From contig NMRA01000097.1 of assembly GCA_002633005.1 (NCBI GenBank), positions 384,686-448,685 of the forward strand: 64,000 nucleotides of DNA. Reading direction: 5' to 3'. Under the pieces are notes generated by a model, which was given only the letters and a program-made list of their open reading frames with translations, made no database searches and was not told the DNA's origin. Shown here piece by piece: positions 1-11,700 of the stretch. Positions within the stretch are counted from its first letter, which is position 1. Every line of letters begins with the position of its first letter. Source of the DNA: Phoronis australis (lineage: Eukaryota > Animalia > Phoronida). A program made the translations under genes and the position numbers.

Positions 1-59
1 GACACACGTTCGTTTCCAAGCCGCCATTTTACCCGACAAACTACACGTTGCCGAGTAAA

Positions 60-849
60 TTTATTGTTTCTTAGTCTACATTACGCAAGGGTGCGGAGTT
101 TGAGGTTGGTCATTTGGCAAATAATTCAAATTCCGCATCTCCATTATGCTCACCGTTAACTTCTTTCGAGCGCGATAACCACAAAGTATTTCAACTGACG
201 CCGCGTGATTAGGCAAAGTCGAATAGGGACAAAGTGAAGTGCGTGACCTGGAGCGTGACACTTGAATGAAGATGAGGTGGAGTTTGCAGGATGTGTGTCC
301 CATGTACGTTTTTGTTCGTCACCTGGCGTGATTTCACGTAACTTCCTCAGAATGGCGCCCGTTGTGCGAAGCTCAAGACAAGTGCCAACGATTTTCATCT
401 TTATGTTCGAGTTATCTTGACAAACTATTATCCAGAGTCATGTGTTAATTACAACCCCATGTTCATTTAAGCAGGTTACATTTAATGGTATTCGCTATAT
501 TTCGACTTATCCTATGAGGGTGTACTATCGCCCCTGTATGCCAGCAGTATCCAGGGCTACATGTACAGTATGTACATGTAATTGCCTAGTCGTGCTCAGT
601 TTTATAACCCTACATCTGTTCCAAAACTGCAGCTCTCATGACTAGGAACGAAAAGATATGTGCCTTACAGCACGCCAGTTTAGCACCTAATTAAGAGCTA
701 CACGGCGGATTATGACTGAGATGTTTGATGGATTACAAGAATCACATACACTTTTTACAATTTTGAGAACCTTATAGCACTTAATTGAATACAGGACCTG
801 CATGCGAGATTCCAAACAATCATTCCTTCTGCCACTCTGCTAATGCACC
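60..849 (+). repeat. Copy of the sequence in intron 10 (~5220-5960), also found at ~62400-63060 and partly inverted at ~25050-25500
   Basis: Shared strings gagcgcgataacca, tatttcaactgacgcc, aactgcagctc, gattccaaacaatc and taatgcacc. Confidence 0.85.
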
Positions 850-1304
850 TGTAACGGGGGCGGTACGACCAAGGCGCCCCGATTTTACGAGCCCGGTGCG
901 GACTGAGGGTGATATTGAAAACTAAAAGTTGGTGAATAATACATAAGTTTATTGTAAGAATATATGACTACAATATTTCACACTTACAAGCAATCCAGTT
1001 GTTCCATGATTTAGTATCGCAGCGTTGTGATTTATGCAGTTCTGATATACGGGCAAGCCAGTCGCTGATTAATACTTGTGTGTGCAAGAACGGGGCAATT
1101 TGGTTATTCAGATCCGAAAGGTGAGGTACAATCAAGCTCGGGAGGAGCCCGAGAATTGCTGGGGATAAACTATTGGCAACCAAGTTCGGGAGGAGCCCGA
1201 AAGCTGCACAAACAGTTGCAATTTGGTGTGAGTGAAGGTGTACATGTTTGCTTCTTGAGCTCTGCGACTGGACTCCTCGTGTCTGACAGAGACAAAGCTT
1301 AAGT
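850..1304 (-). mobile_element. LTR retrotransposon long terminal repeat (3' end), running into the N gap
   Basis: Homology with the 5950 copy stops exactly at TGTAAC (850). On the minus strand the segment ends ...GTTACA, with an AATAAA about 100 nt upstream. Confidence 0.6.
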
Positions 1305-1766
1305 NNNNNNNNNNNNNNNNNNNNNNNNNNNNNNNNNNNNNNNNNNNNNNNNNNNNNNNNNNNNNNNNNNNNNNNNNNNNNNNNNNNNNNNNNNNNNNNN
1401 NNNNNNNNNNNNNNNNNNNNNNNNNNNNNNNNNNNNNNNNNNNNNNNNNNNNNNNNNNNNNNNNNNNNNNNNNNNNNNNNNNNNNNNNNNNNNNNNNNNN
1501 NNNNNNNNNNNNNNNNNNNNNNNNNNNNNNNNNNNNNNNNNNNNNNNNNNNNNNNNNNNNNNNNNNNNNNNNNNNNNNNNNNNNNNNNNNNNNNNNNNNN
1601 NNNNNNNNNNNNNNNNNNNNNNNNNNNNNNNNNNNNNNNNNNNNNNNNNNNNNNNNNNNNNNNNNNNNNNNNNNNNNNNNNNNNNNNNNNNNNNNNNNNN
1701 NNNNNNNNNNNNNNNNNNNNNNNNNNNNNNNNNNNNNNNNNNNNNNNNNNNNNNNNNNNNNNNNNN
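1305..1766. other. Assembly gap (N run)
   Basis: 462 Ns. Confidence 1.
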
Positions 1767-1769
1767 TAT

Positions 1770-2170
1770 ATACAATTAAGTAGTATCTAAAATAAGTATT
1801 CCAATACTTAGACATGCTATTACAGATATATAAAAACAAAAATATTTACAGATTCAAGTAGGGAAATCAGATGCAACAATATTGATAAACGGTACATAAA
1901 AATTTGCTAACGTTGCTTAGGAGGAATTTGTTGAGAACAAAGTCAAGGTTAGGACTACCATTCAGTAATAATGTGACTCTAGTAGGGATATTATTACAAG
2001 AATTGAGAGCGTTAACAATTGATTGGTTATCATTGAGTGCACGAAAGAGTGAGTCTCTCAGGGATTCGATGAGGGGACATTTGAAGAAAATATGAGGATA
2101 AGATTGATGGTCACCACATTTACAGTTTGGAGAGACATTACTAAAGTTGTGTTCCATAAGATGGATTCAT
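1770..2170 (-). mobile_element. 5'-truncated non-LTR retrotransposon (CR1/L2-group LINE) ORF2 C-terminus and 3' end
   Basis: ORF 1867..2157 reads SPNCKCGDHQSYPHIFFKCP...R..LF...LLLNGSPNLD...N..LL..V.KFL, the Cys/His C-terminal motif typical of invertebrate CR1-like ORF2. Confidence 0.75.
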
Positions 2171-2336
2171 TGCAAGTTCGCCAAGATCTCCCAAGTTTTC
2201 ACGAAATGTCGATTTTAAACCAATTGCTCAACCCCACTAGTTGTCACTAGCGAAAGTCTTACGTTACGGGATGAGCCTTGATACCTCTTGTGTCTCATTT
2301 CTAGCAAAATGTGTACTTATACGAATACCATCAATG

Positions 2337-2342
2337 TTTATT
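2337..2342 (-). promoter_or_regulatory. Candidate polyadenylation signal AATAAA for the CTHRC1-domain gene
   Basis: TTTATT on the plus strand about 280 nt downstream of the stop codon; motif only. Confidence 0.3.
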
Positions 2343-2617
2343 CGAATAGACAGAGAAAATGGCGATGACATACGAAAATTTGCTAATCGGCCGAGCATTA
2401 GATTCACCCATTGCGTCATCCTTAATTTCGAAGGCTTTCACAGAAGGAGAACAACTTACTCGACTTTGGTGACAATTGGCATCTACGAAGACAATCCCAA
2501 AACAGGAAATTGTTTAAATGCATAAAACGCGCTCAAGTCTATCGCCACTGATGCAATTCGTGCATTTACGTTATCAAATAATTTAGGCTAGGGTAAGATC
2601 GAGTCAGCACACGTGCT

Positions 2618-2763
2618 TTAGTCCACAGGGAATACTTCGTTGACCATCATACGGCTACTCGATTGCAAGCTGGTGTAAGCGTCGTTGTAGTTTTGTCCAG
2701 GACACGTCTGTACGTGCAGTTTAATGCTGTATTTCCCTGCTGGAAGTTCGCAGTATCCACCAA
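2618..2763 (-). CDS. Exon 12 (terminal): end of CTHRC1-like domain 3 (FGGYCELPAGKYSIKLHVQTCPGQNYNDAYTSLQSSSRMMVNEVFPVD*)
   Basis: Acceptor ccttcatttgcag|TT; stop TAA at 2620-2618. Matches CTHRC1 EGLC..I.AG...V.TC....DASTGWNSVSRIIIEE. Confidence 0.9.
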
Positions 2764-5700
2764 CTGCAAATGAAGGGACACAGAATATATTCATACTAAA
2801 GAGCACAATTAAAAAAAAATCCATGCTACGGCTGGCCTTGGAAGAAGGCTACCTACCTTGAGGTTGTGAGAATTGGAGTTTTCCACCCGAAAGCCCGAGC
2901 TGCTCTTAGTTGGCTAAGACAAAGCTCTAGCAACTGTTTGCTTATGGAACAAAAACAGTAAAATCTAAGCCAAAATTCATTATAATTTCAGACTAACCGA
3001 TCAGTTATCAAACAAACCTTTCACTTTTCAATCGTGCTTTTTGTATAATTTGGCGTGAGTTTGTTTTTCTGACTTTTTTCTAGGGAACGCATTCCTTAGC
3101 ATGGCATTAGCCCAGTAGGAACGTGTAACACTGATCTTTTGTGGGTTAAATACCACGACTTCTAAAAAAAACAATGTTATCAATACATGAGCGCACCCAG
3201 AGGAGCTCGGAGGCTCGAACGAGCCCCTCATTTGGCGAAATGGGCAAAAAGATATAATGCCTCAGAGAAACAAAAAGACCGAAAACGAAGCAAAAGAGTA
3301 AAAAGTCAACTGAATCGGCGAATGCACAATTCATAGACGCGAACGTACCCCGTTTTTAGTGAACGGCACACGATTTTGGTAAAACGTCCACATTCTCAAA
3401 AATTCGAGCAACCCTGTTTAGGCTGGCCTCGTTCAAGCAAATGAAACAAACAATACACTTTTCTGAAAGTTGTCTGCGATACTATTTAGTCTTAGCGTGT
3501 TTTGTTTAATGATCATTATATCATTGCCGAGTCTCTGTTGGCAAAAATGCAGGGAACTTGGTTATTGAACGGTTTGCGATATTTCATGGTATCGACTTAC
3601 ATTTCCTCTCGATATCTCCAAAACTGTTAGGTTATGTGCAATTATGTTAAGTATTGATTTAAAACTCCTCGACCTCCAAACCCCGTGAACCACACACCAC
3701 AAGACCCCTTCCACCCACGACCCTATTGTTCCACGATCCCCTTCACCCACGGCCCGCAACCCCTTCGAACCAATATACACAAGGTTGACCCTACATGTAT
3801 CCGAACATAGAAAGAGCTCTGAGCTGCAGGACAAACGAGTAGGGTCGTAAGTCGCCAGCCCTTTTTGCAATTAAAAGAATCGAATTGGCAAGTTTAAACG
3901 CCAACATCAGAATAAATAAGGCGATCAAACGTTATAAACGTCGTTCCCGGTGAAGTTTATCGTCACGTCTGCTCTTCAGTCGATGTCGGTTTAAGCTTTT
4001 TAGGAGAGTGCGATTAACTGACGAATACGCAATTTCTTCAGTAGATACAATTTGAACAAAACACCCGTTAACTAAAAAGTCTCTAAGGTTACACGTAGTA
4101 CATTGGAAGCAAAGTTTACAATGGTAAGCAAACAGTAAACATGTGTAGTTATATCCATTCGCGTCAACGTACTCTCTCACTAAGTTTTTTAGAACAGCGC
4201 CGTTGGTAGAGGATCGCGGAACTATTTGCGTAATAATAAAGATACCACGCTCCCCATTCGCCATCTAAGACCATGTTTTGCGCCACTGCTTGTTTTTATC
4301 TACCAGACTTTCGCCAGAGCACGCTCACAATTCACAATTTCTAATTATATTCTGACTCGATTTTCAATTTTAAACCAGCATACGTGAGCCACCGTACAGC
4401 AGATTTGCGCGCCACCGTACAGCAGATTTGCGCGCATGTCAAGCATATAGGAAAGTCATTCAGCGACGTAATATGAAATGTGTTAAGATACATCTATTGC
4501 CACGGGTGGTGGATCGAGGGTGTTGTGGGTAGTGGATCGTGGGGGATGAGGGTCGAGAGGATTTTAGAATAATACTTTTCTTAAAACTCGTTTAATTCGA
4601 GTGAACATTTCTCCCGTCGGAAATGACAGTCGTTGATACGCAGAGTGGAGGTTGGTTTCGCGTTATAATACTTCATGAAAGTGTAGATTTCGAGAACACT
4701 CTTACACAGTGAAGTATGATGTCGGTTATCGGCTGCGTTGTCCGTCCTTCTGAGCATTCTGTGATAAACCACTGTTGAAATAGGTCCAGGCGTTGAGCAT
4801 TCGGCTCCGTTAAAGGTCAGGTACCATCGAGAACATCCAGGTGAGCTAAACTGTCGCAGATCTCCGTTAAATTGCACCGCTAGAAAACTTTGAGATGATC
4901 TCTTGGTGTATGTGACCGACTGCGGACGATATGAAGTATACAAGAACATAGCATTGAAGAGCTACCTGAATGTCATACCTTAGTGCGGAAATGAGCACAA
5001 GTAGGTCATGCTCTAGGCAATACGTACATCGTGGCCACTCAGTTGGCAAGATAGTGTGTACATGTACAACACTTTCCCTAAGCTTTCTTTATTGATTTCG
5101 ACCCGTGCATTTTAAACGGGCGGTATGCGAAATGCTCTCATGAGCTAAGAAGTTTTCACATCGTAAAATACTTTTAACTTTAAAAGTATCACCTAAACAG
5201 CGCCTACTTTTCAGCGATCCTTTCTTGTTCTTATATACATCACTGCGGGAATTACATGTAAGATGGCTAATTGTCAAACATTTCAAACTCCACATTTTGG
5301 TTGCCGTTAACTTTTTTGAGCGCGATAACCATAAGTATTTCAACTGACGCCACGTGATTAGGCAAGGACTAGCGCGACACTACATAAAGCGCGAGACCTG
5401 GCACGTGATTGTTTAAAAATAGCATGGAACGATGAGGTGGACTTCATAAGATGTGTGTCTCTTGTACATTTTGATCGGCAACAGACGTGAATTCCACGTA
5501 ACTTTCTCAAATTGGCACTTCTTGAGGGAAGTTCAGGTCACCGGCTGCGATTTTCATTGATATGTCAAAGTTATGTTGACTAAGTTGTATCGAGAGTCAT
5601 GTGCATATAAGAATGATTCATTGGATTATAATCGATGTATTTTGAGTAATTCTACTGAGTGCACTATCGCCCTTTAAGCCAGCGGTATCCAGGCAGATGT

Positions 5701-8700
5701 AATTCCCTAGTCGTGCCCAGGTTTACAAGCCATGAATCTTTTTGAAACTGCAGCTCATATGACCACGAACGAAATGGCATGCGCGTTGCAGCACGCCAGT
5801 TAAGCATCTCATTCAGACCTACATGTTCACGGCTGATTTGTTGATGGATAACACAAACATAAACGTTTTACAATGTTGAGAACTTTGGAGCGTTTAAGTG
5901 GATACTTCAACTACTTGCGTGATTCCAAACAATCTTCGTTCTGCCCCTCCCTTAATGCACCATTGACATCCATGAAAGCAGGTTTCGACTAAAACCCATA
6001 ATTAGTGTGTCAAAGGAGAGGTATTGCAGTTCTTGGAGATTGGGGCTTTCCGAACAGATGTGGTGCAACTCGTCTAAAGCGGAGGTTAAACGCTTGACGA
6101 TGTGCAGTCTTACTATGGACCTATCAAAATTTGCTGGCTCCAAATATCCGAGAGTTATTGGGGATAAAAAGCGAGTGGTCCATAGACTTAAGCGGAAATT
6201 TTCGTGAGTACCTTCATCTGTCAATTTATTTTTCTGTGTCACAAAATAAAATATTTCTGATCCGTACTTTAAAAAGTTACCGAGTTTTTAGTTACACGTT
6301 ATCTGTAAAAACGATGTTCATATGGTTTAAACGATCAAATGTGTTGAACTGTAGAGGCCTGAGTAAACAATGGTATTAACCACAAGCTAAGACACATTTT
6401 CAGGTATTTACTTAGAGCTGGAAGCAAATGTTGTTGATAACATTTGTTAATGGGCTGAACCGTTCATTATACTTTCTACCATTTCAATTGTTGAACCTTG
6501 CCCGTTTGGCTTGTCCGTTTTGGAAAACCTGAGGGAAACTGTTTGGAAACGTTTTATTTTCCAAGTCAGTTGAGTGCAAAGAGTTTTTTCAAAACTAATG
6601 TAGTTCAAATAAGATGTCTAGCAACTTTTGAAGACCTCAATTGTCCCACTCAATTATTTGTAACAATCGTCGAAAATGGTATAAAGTTTGTCATTCACTC
6701 GCTCTATTGGGAAAATTGTTGCCTAGGGAAGAGCAAAAATCGTGAATACAATCCACGAGGATTTCAATACTTAGGTTACACTTTGCAGGCATGCAAACCC
6801 CGTTCCGACTAGACTGTTTACTTACAGCACGTTCAATATGCCCGTTGTCTGTATCGTCTTCCAAAGCTAACCAACTCCATTGGTGAAAGTTGTACTCGGG
6901 CAATCGTTGGGTGCTACCGTCTCGTGTCACGACTGTTGGCAAAAAATATCGTGTACTAGACATTTCCCAACAACCAATGCAAAAAACTGCTGTCACCGAA
7001 CAACGCAATACTGTCTAAAATTTTCCACAGTATTTAGAAACCTATTTACAGCACAAAAGCCGCACATTTTTCTCTAACTATAACTATTTGCCGTGTATGG
7101 AGGAACTTCACGTGTTCTAGTAAAACCACTAACAGTCAAAATATGTACACATAAACACTTTAGAGCGTCATTTCAGAATTGAAAACTCCTGTATCTTTTT
7201 AACAGCGGTACCTGCACTGATGTCAAGGTCATAGCGAATTTCTTCCACGATAATTTTGCTTCTTGATCTAAAGCCGGTTTCTCCAGAGATAGAGCCCGTC
7301 ACTCTGGCAACATGAATTTCAATGGATCTCAATCCTGTTTGGATGTTGTCGCACAAGCCTTCAACTACGGGAAAAGAAACAAATCCACCAATCTTGCGGG
7401 AAAGTATTTTATTTATTTTAAAATCTCACTCGATGTGTTCAAAAACACGCTGTAGTTCAGCAGGTCAACTTCCCAACACACACAGTGTTCTTATAGGCCT
7501 ACATTAGGTCCTCGACAAATCACAGTGGTGACAAGAATATGAATCTGACGATCGGTCATACCCTTTCCGCTGTTTCGTTTAATCAACAAATTTTAGCGGG
7601 AAATGCAGACAGTCAGAGAAATGTTTAGCTCCTCGTTCTTGAATTAAGCGACTGAAATATCCGACACTTGAACGCATTTCCCATCACATGTCAATGGTCA
7701 AATTACGGACTGTTGTAAATTCTTTCTGAAATAAAAATCTAATCACAACTAATTCCCATCTCACTTAATTTTGCCAACTCAAGGTACAGTGTACTTGACG
7801 TTTATACTGATTTTAAAGAACTCAACTAGGAATTTCATCCCTAATGGACGCACAATGTTCACATCGCCAGCATACCCCCCCCCCCAAAAAAAAAAGGTTT
7901 TTATTTCCAAATACAGCACATGAAATCGAATGAAACATGCATATAACTTGTATATATGCAATGAGTTATAATTGATGCAAATCATGAATGTGGAGACAAT
8001 TTAGATGACGCAAATCCAAGGTACACCATCGAAACAGAAATCCTGATGTAAAACAGATATCCCGGAGTCTAAAACAGACTCATGCACCTTCAAAACAGCT
8101 AACCAGCCCGAAAAGAACTCGAAGCTTGACCTTTAAAACAGGACCCCGAGTGTTAGAACAGGTCATCAAGGGACAGAAACACCACTCGCACATTCTACCA
8201 CACATCGTTTGATGAAAAATATCACCTCCATCAAGTGCTTGTTGATATGTTTTAACCTGATGATTTCAGACAACTTATGGCGGACAGGCGTTATAAGTTT
8301 TTGCTGCCACAGTTGCGGGGCGATCTTTGGGGTCGACTTTCGGCACTAGGAAATGTTGCGTCACCTATAGGGCACTTTCATTTTTCCCAAATTCTAAATT
8401 CAATCGCTGCTCTTCTTCCACGAGGTTTCGTAAATGTTACAACAAATTATAGAACAATGACACTCGAAACCCGAAATAATATTCATAATAAATAAGATAT
8501 ATAGTGTTGAGAGTATCAGTAACGATTATATCGGAATTCGCCAAAGACAAGTTGCACGACCTCTACCGATAGAAACATCTAACAGAGTCAATATAAGTCA
8601 CATGTACGTACATATTAGTATTGACAATTTTAACAATCAAATGCAGAAAACAACTGGAAAGTACTAGAAGTTGCTTTAACTGCAACGACTTCCGATCAAA

Positions 8701-11700
8701 ATTCATATTTTCGGAGTGGTTAGCTGTGAAGGAGTCTGTTTAAGTACTAGTCCACGAGAGCACCAGCCATGAGCGACAAGGTGGGGGTCAGCCGATTTTC
8801 ACCAAATTTGGCACATAGGTAGTCCTATGGGATCTATACACAGCGGTAAAATATTTCTTCAAAATATTACGTTTTTCTAAAGTTATAGGCTCAAACACAT
8901 TTTACGGCTTCGCAGCCATGTTTTCACGGTATAAAAACTGTCCAGATTTAACTGTTCGTATTTTTCCTTGAATGAAAGCTATTGAGTTATAATTCACTTG
9001 GCATTGTTTAGTGGTGTCTGTAGATTGTTACACAGATGTCTTGAAACACGATTCTGATTTACCACCCTCATTTAGTAGTTTTACTACACTACCCCCCGTT
9101 ATGCCATTTTGAGGTTGTGTTAAGTACACTGCTGTACCAAATCTGCTCCCACTGTTACGAGAATGAAACTTAGCCAAAATGTTGACAAAACATGTTACTT
9201 TCATTTCATAAAATAAAAACTTTGTCAGCCAGTTTATTAGTTATACATTTTGGTACCTCAAATGTACTAAAATGAGAAATTTTCATATATCTTAGATCGA
9301 TGCGTGAGCACCGTAAAATCCGATTGTCCTTCATGTTTCTCGATATTTTGCAACAAGTTAGTTCCTCCTGAATGTTTTGAACGTTTTACTACTTACCACT
9401 TAGGGCTACAGTACTCCTAATTACCGTACATGGCTTCATTTTGTAACAAGGCGATTATGTCCTCCACAGTGAACAGGGTTAGACATGAACTCGACAAATG
9501 TTGGTTATTTTGATTTACAGTTGTTTTACTTTGCAATTTCCTCATGGGTATTTCTTCACACATATTCAAGTCAGATTTTCTGTTGATCAAATATTCATGC
9601 AGTGCATTGTAATATCAAATGAATGATACGTTTGGTTGCATGACCGCAATTTTTCCCACGACTTAAAACAAAAGACCGCAGAAATTTTCCTGACGAAATA
9701 CCGGGTTTGCAGTTCTGTAAAAACATTCGAATGACAAGACAATCTCCACCACTGTCCGTGGCAATTTGTCGCATGTTTTTCGCCCATCCGTCCTATCACT
9801 GTTTTCCTTTGTTGTGTCATTGTTGGATATAACAACACAGGTCGCATGGATATAGGACCTTGCGTACATCAGACCGTTGCCGAGAAGTGCTCGTCATTAT
9901 ATCTTTATTATAACAACGGGAACCATGATGATGCTAATTTATTGTTTTCTATGCGACAAGGTTTGCCGTGGATGACCACAGAAGAGGAATCCCAAAGTAT
10001 CCATAGACAATGGCCACGCACCTTAGTTACTATTACCGCGCACACGAATCCTTTCCGTGGAACCTAAACACCAAATTTTTGAATCCGTGTATTGTGTTGT
10101 ATTGCTCATGGTACGACTTCAGACTCTGTTGTATTAAGATTCCAATCCCCAACCTTGTTATATATAGTTTGAGTAAAATTTCTAGACAATGCAGGTTTAT
10201 GAATTTATTCTCCTTCAAATGAAGAGTGAAAATCAAATTCTGCACAGTTTTTTTTTAAGTAATCACTTATTGGAAGATCACACATCTAAAAAATAAAACA
10301 ACGTTTGACAATTTTATTCATTATCTTATTTGAAAATTGCCTACCTCACAGGCAAATCATCTAACTTGAAAATATTCCTAGTGAAAAAATATAAAATACC
10401 AACTAGGGACTTGTGTACTACAAAATATGTTTTCGTAACACAATGCAAAAATAACTGAACAGTCAAAAGTGCAAATGTTATGACTCTAATAAAAAAATGC
10501 CTTCTAGATCTTTTCAACACTCTAATTGCTACAGGACAGAGTCAACCACACAAAGCTCATAAAGTCAGGGAATTACATTTAAGGTGATGTAGTCTCATTG
10601 CGCAATATCGCTGACAACACTGGAAATCTCTTCTTCACAAACTAAAGGTACTGTACATGTAGCTGTATTTACCACATCAATGTTCTTATCAAAACTAACC
10701 ACCACAAAATGTTTCAGTAATATATACCCATTTACAAACAAAAATCTATAATGGTAATTAAAATGCGGAAACATAATTTCAGATCAATTACGCATCTTCA
10801 AGGAAAAGGAATAGTACAGTGGTCAGAAGTCATCTAAATGTGATGGCGACACTGAGAAATCCTGTCAGACCAAAAAATCCAGTGGCTAAACAAAATGAAC
10901 AATGTACCATTACCATTTGGCCCAGGATCATGATCCGTGCCTGGACAAAAATTCAGTCTTAGACTAGGTAAATTTTAGATTTGTGCTGTTCACACAAGCA
11001 GGTTTGGTGCAAAGAAAGCTTGCGACAACACACAAGCCTACTTCCCTACACAGCTGTGCTTATACAATAATGCCCCCACTGGATTTAGCAGATCAGCCAG
11101 AGTATTTACAGGTACAGCCACTGTACTGTTTCCTCCTTTTGAATGTTTACATTGTACAATGCTACATCCTTGACAATCGCAGATTGCCTCTTTCAATGCA
11201 TACTCCACTTCCTCTGTCCCAGTTTCCCCACATTTGCTGAAAGTGGCCTGTCTCAACAAATTACTTTGGACCTGTTGTGATATAAGCAAGTAATCTTTGG
11301 CAAATACTTTTTCCCCGACTCGTTCCTCAAGCTACAAATTCTCTTTGACATATCTTGTGGGAGTAGACTTTTCGGCCTCTCTCTAGCCCCCTCACTTAGT
11401 TGTCCAGAAGGGTACCTTCTTCCTGGTTGTGAACTTTTCCATACCCAACCTTTATTAATAATTGGCAAGTCTCCAACTTCAGCAGAACCCACTTCTTCAG
11501 CATAAGCCTTTTCTGATTCCTAAAATTGTATTAATGAAAAATTAAACATATTAAATTTTATGTGGCCATTTTGGCTCAGAAAATATGAATACCAAGCTAA
11601 AGTGACGGCTTTAGCATGTTTAATTAACTTCATAATCGCAGAAAATCATTAGTAGACATAACATACTCCCTAGTCTATAAAAGTAGTTCATGGGCAGAAG

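Noticed and set aside
1132-1839. 235-aa and 158-aa ORFs in the ORF track
   Set aside because: They run through the N gap and are artefacts.
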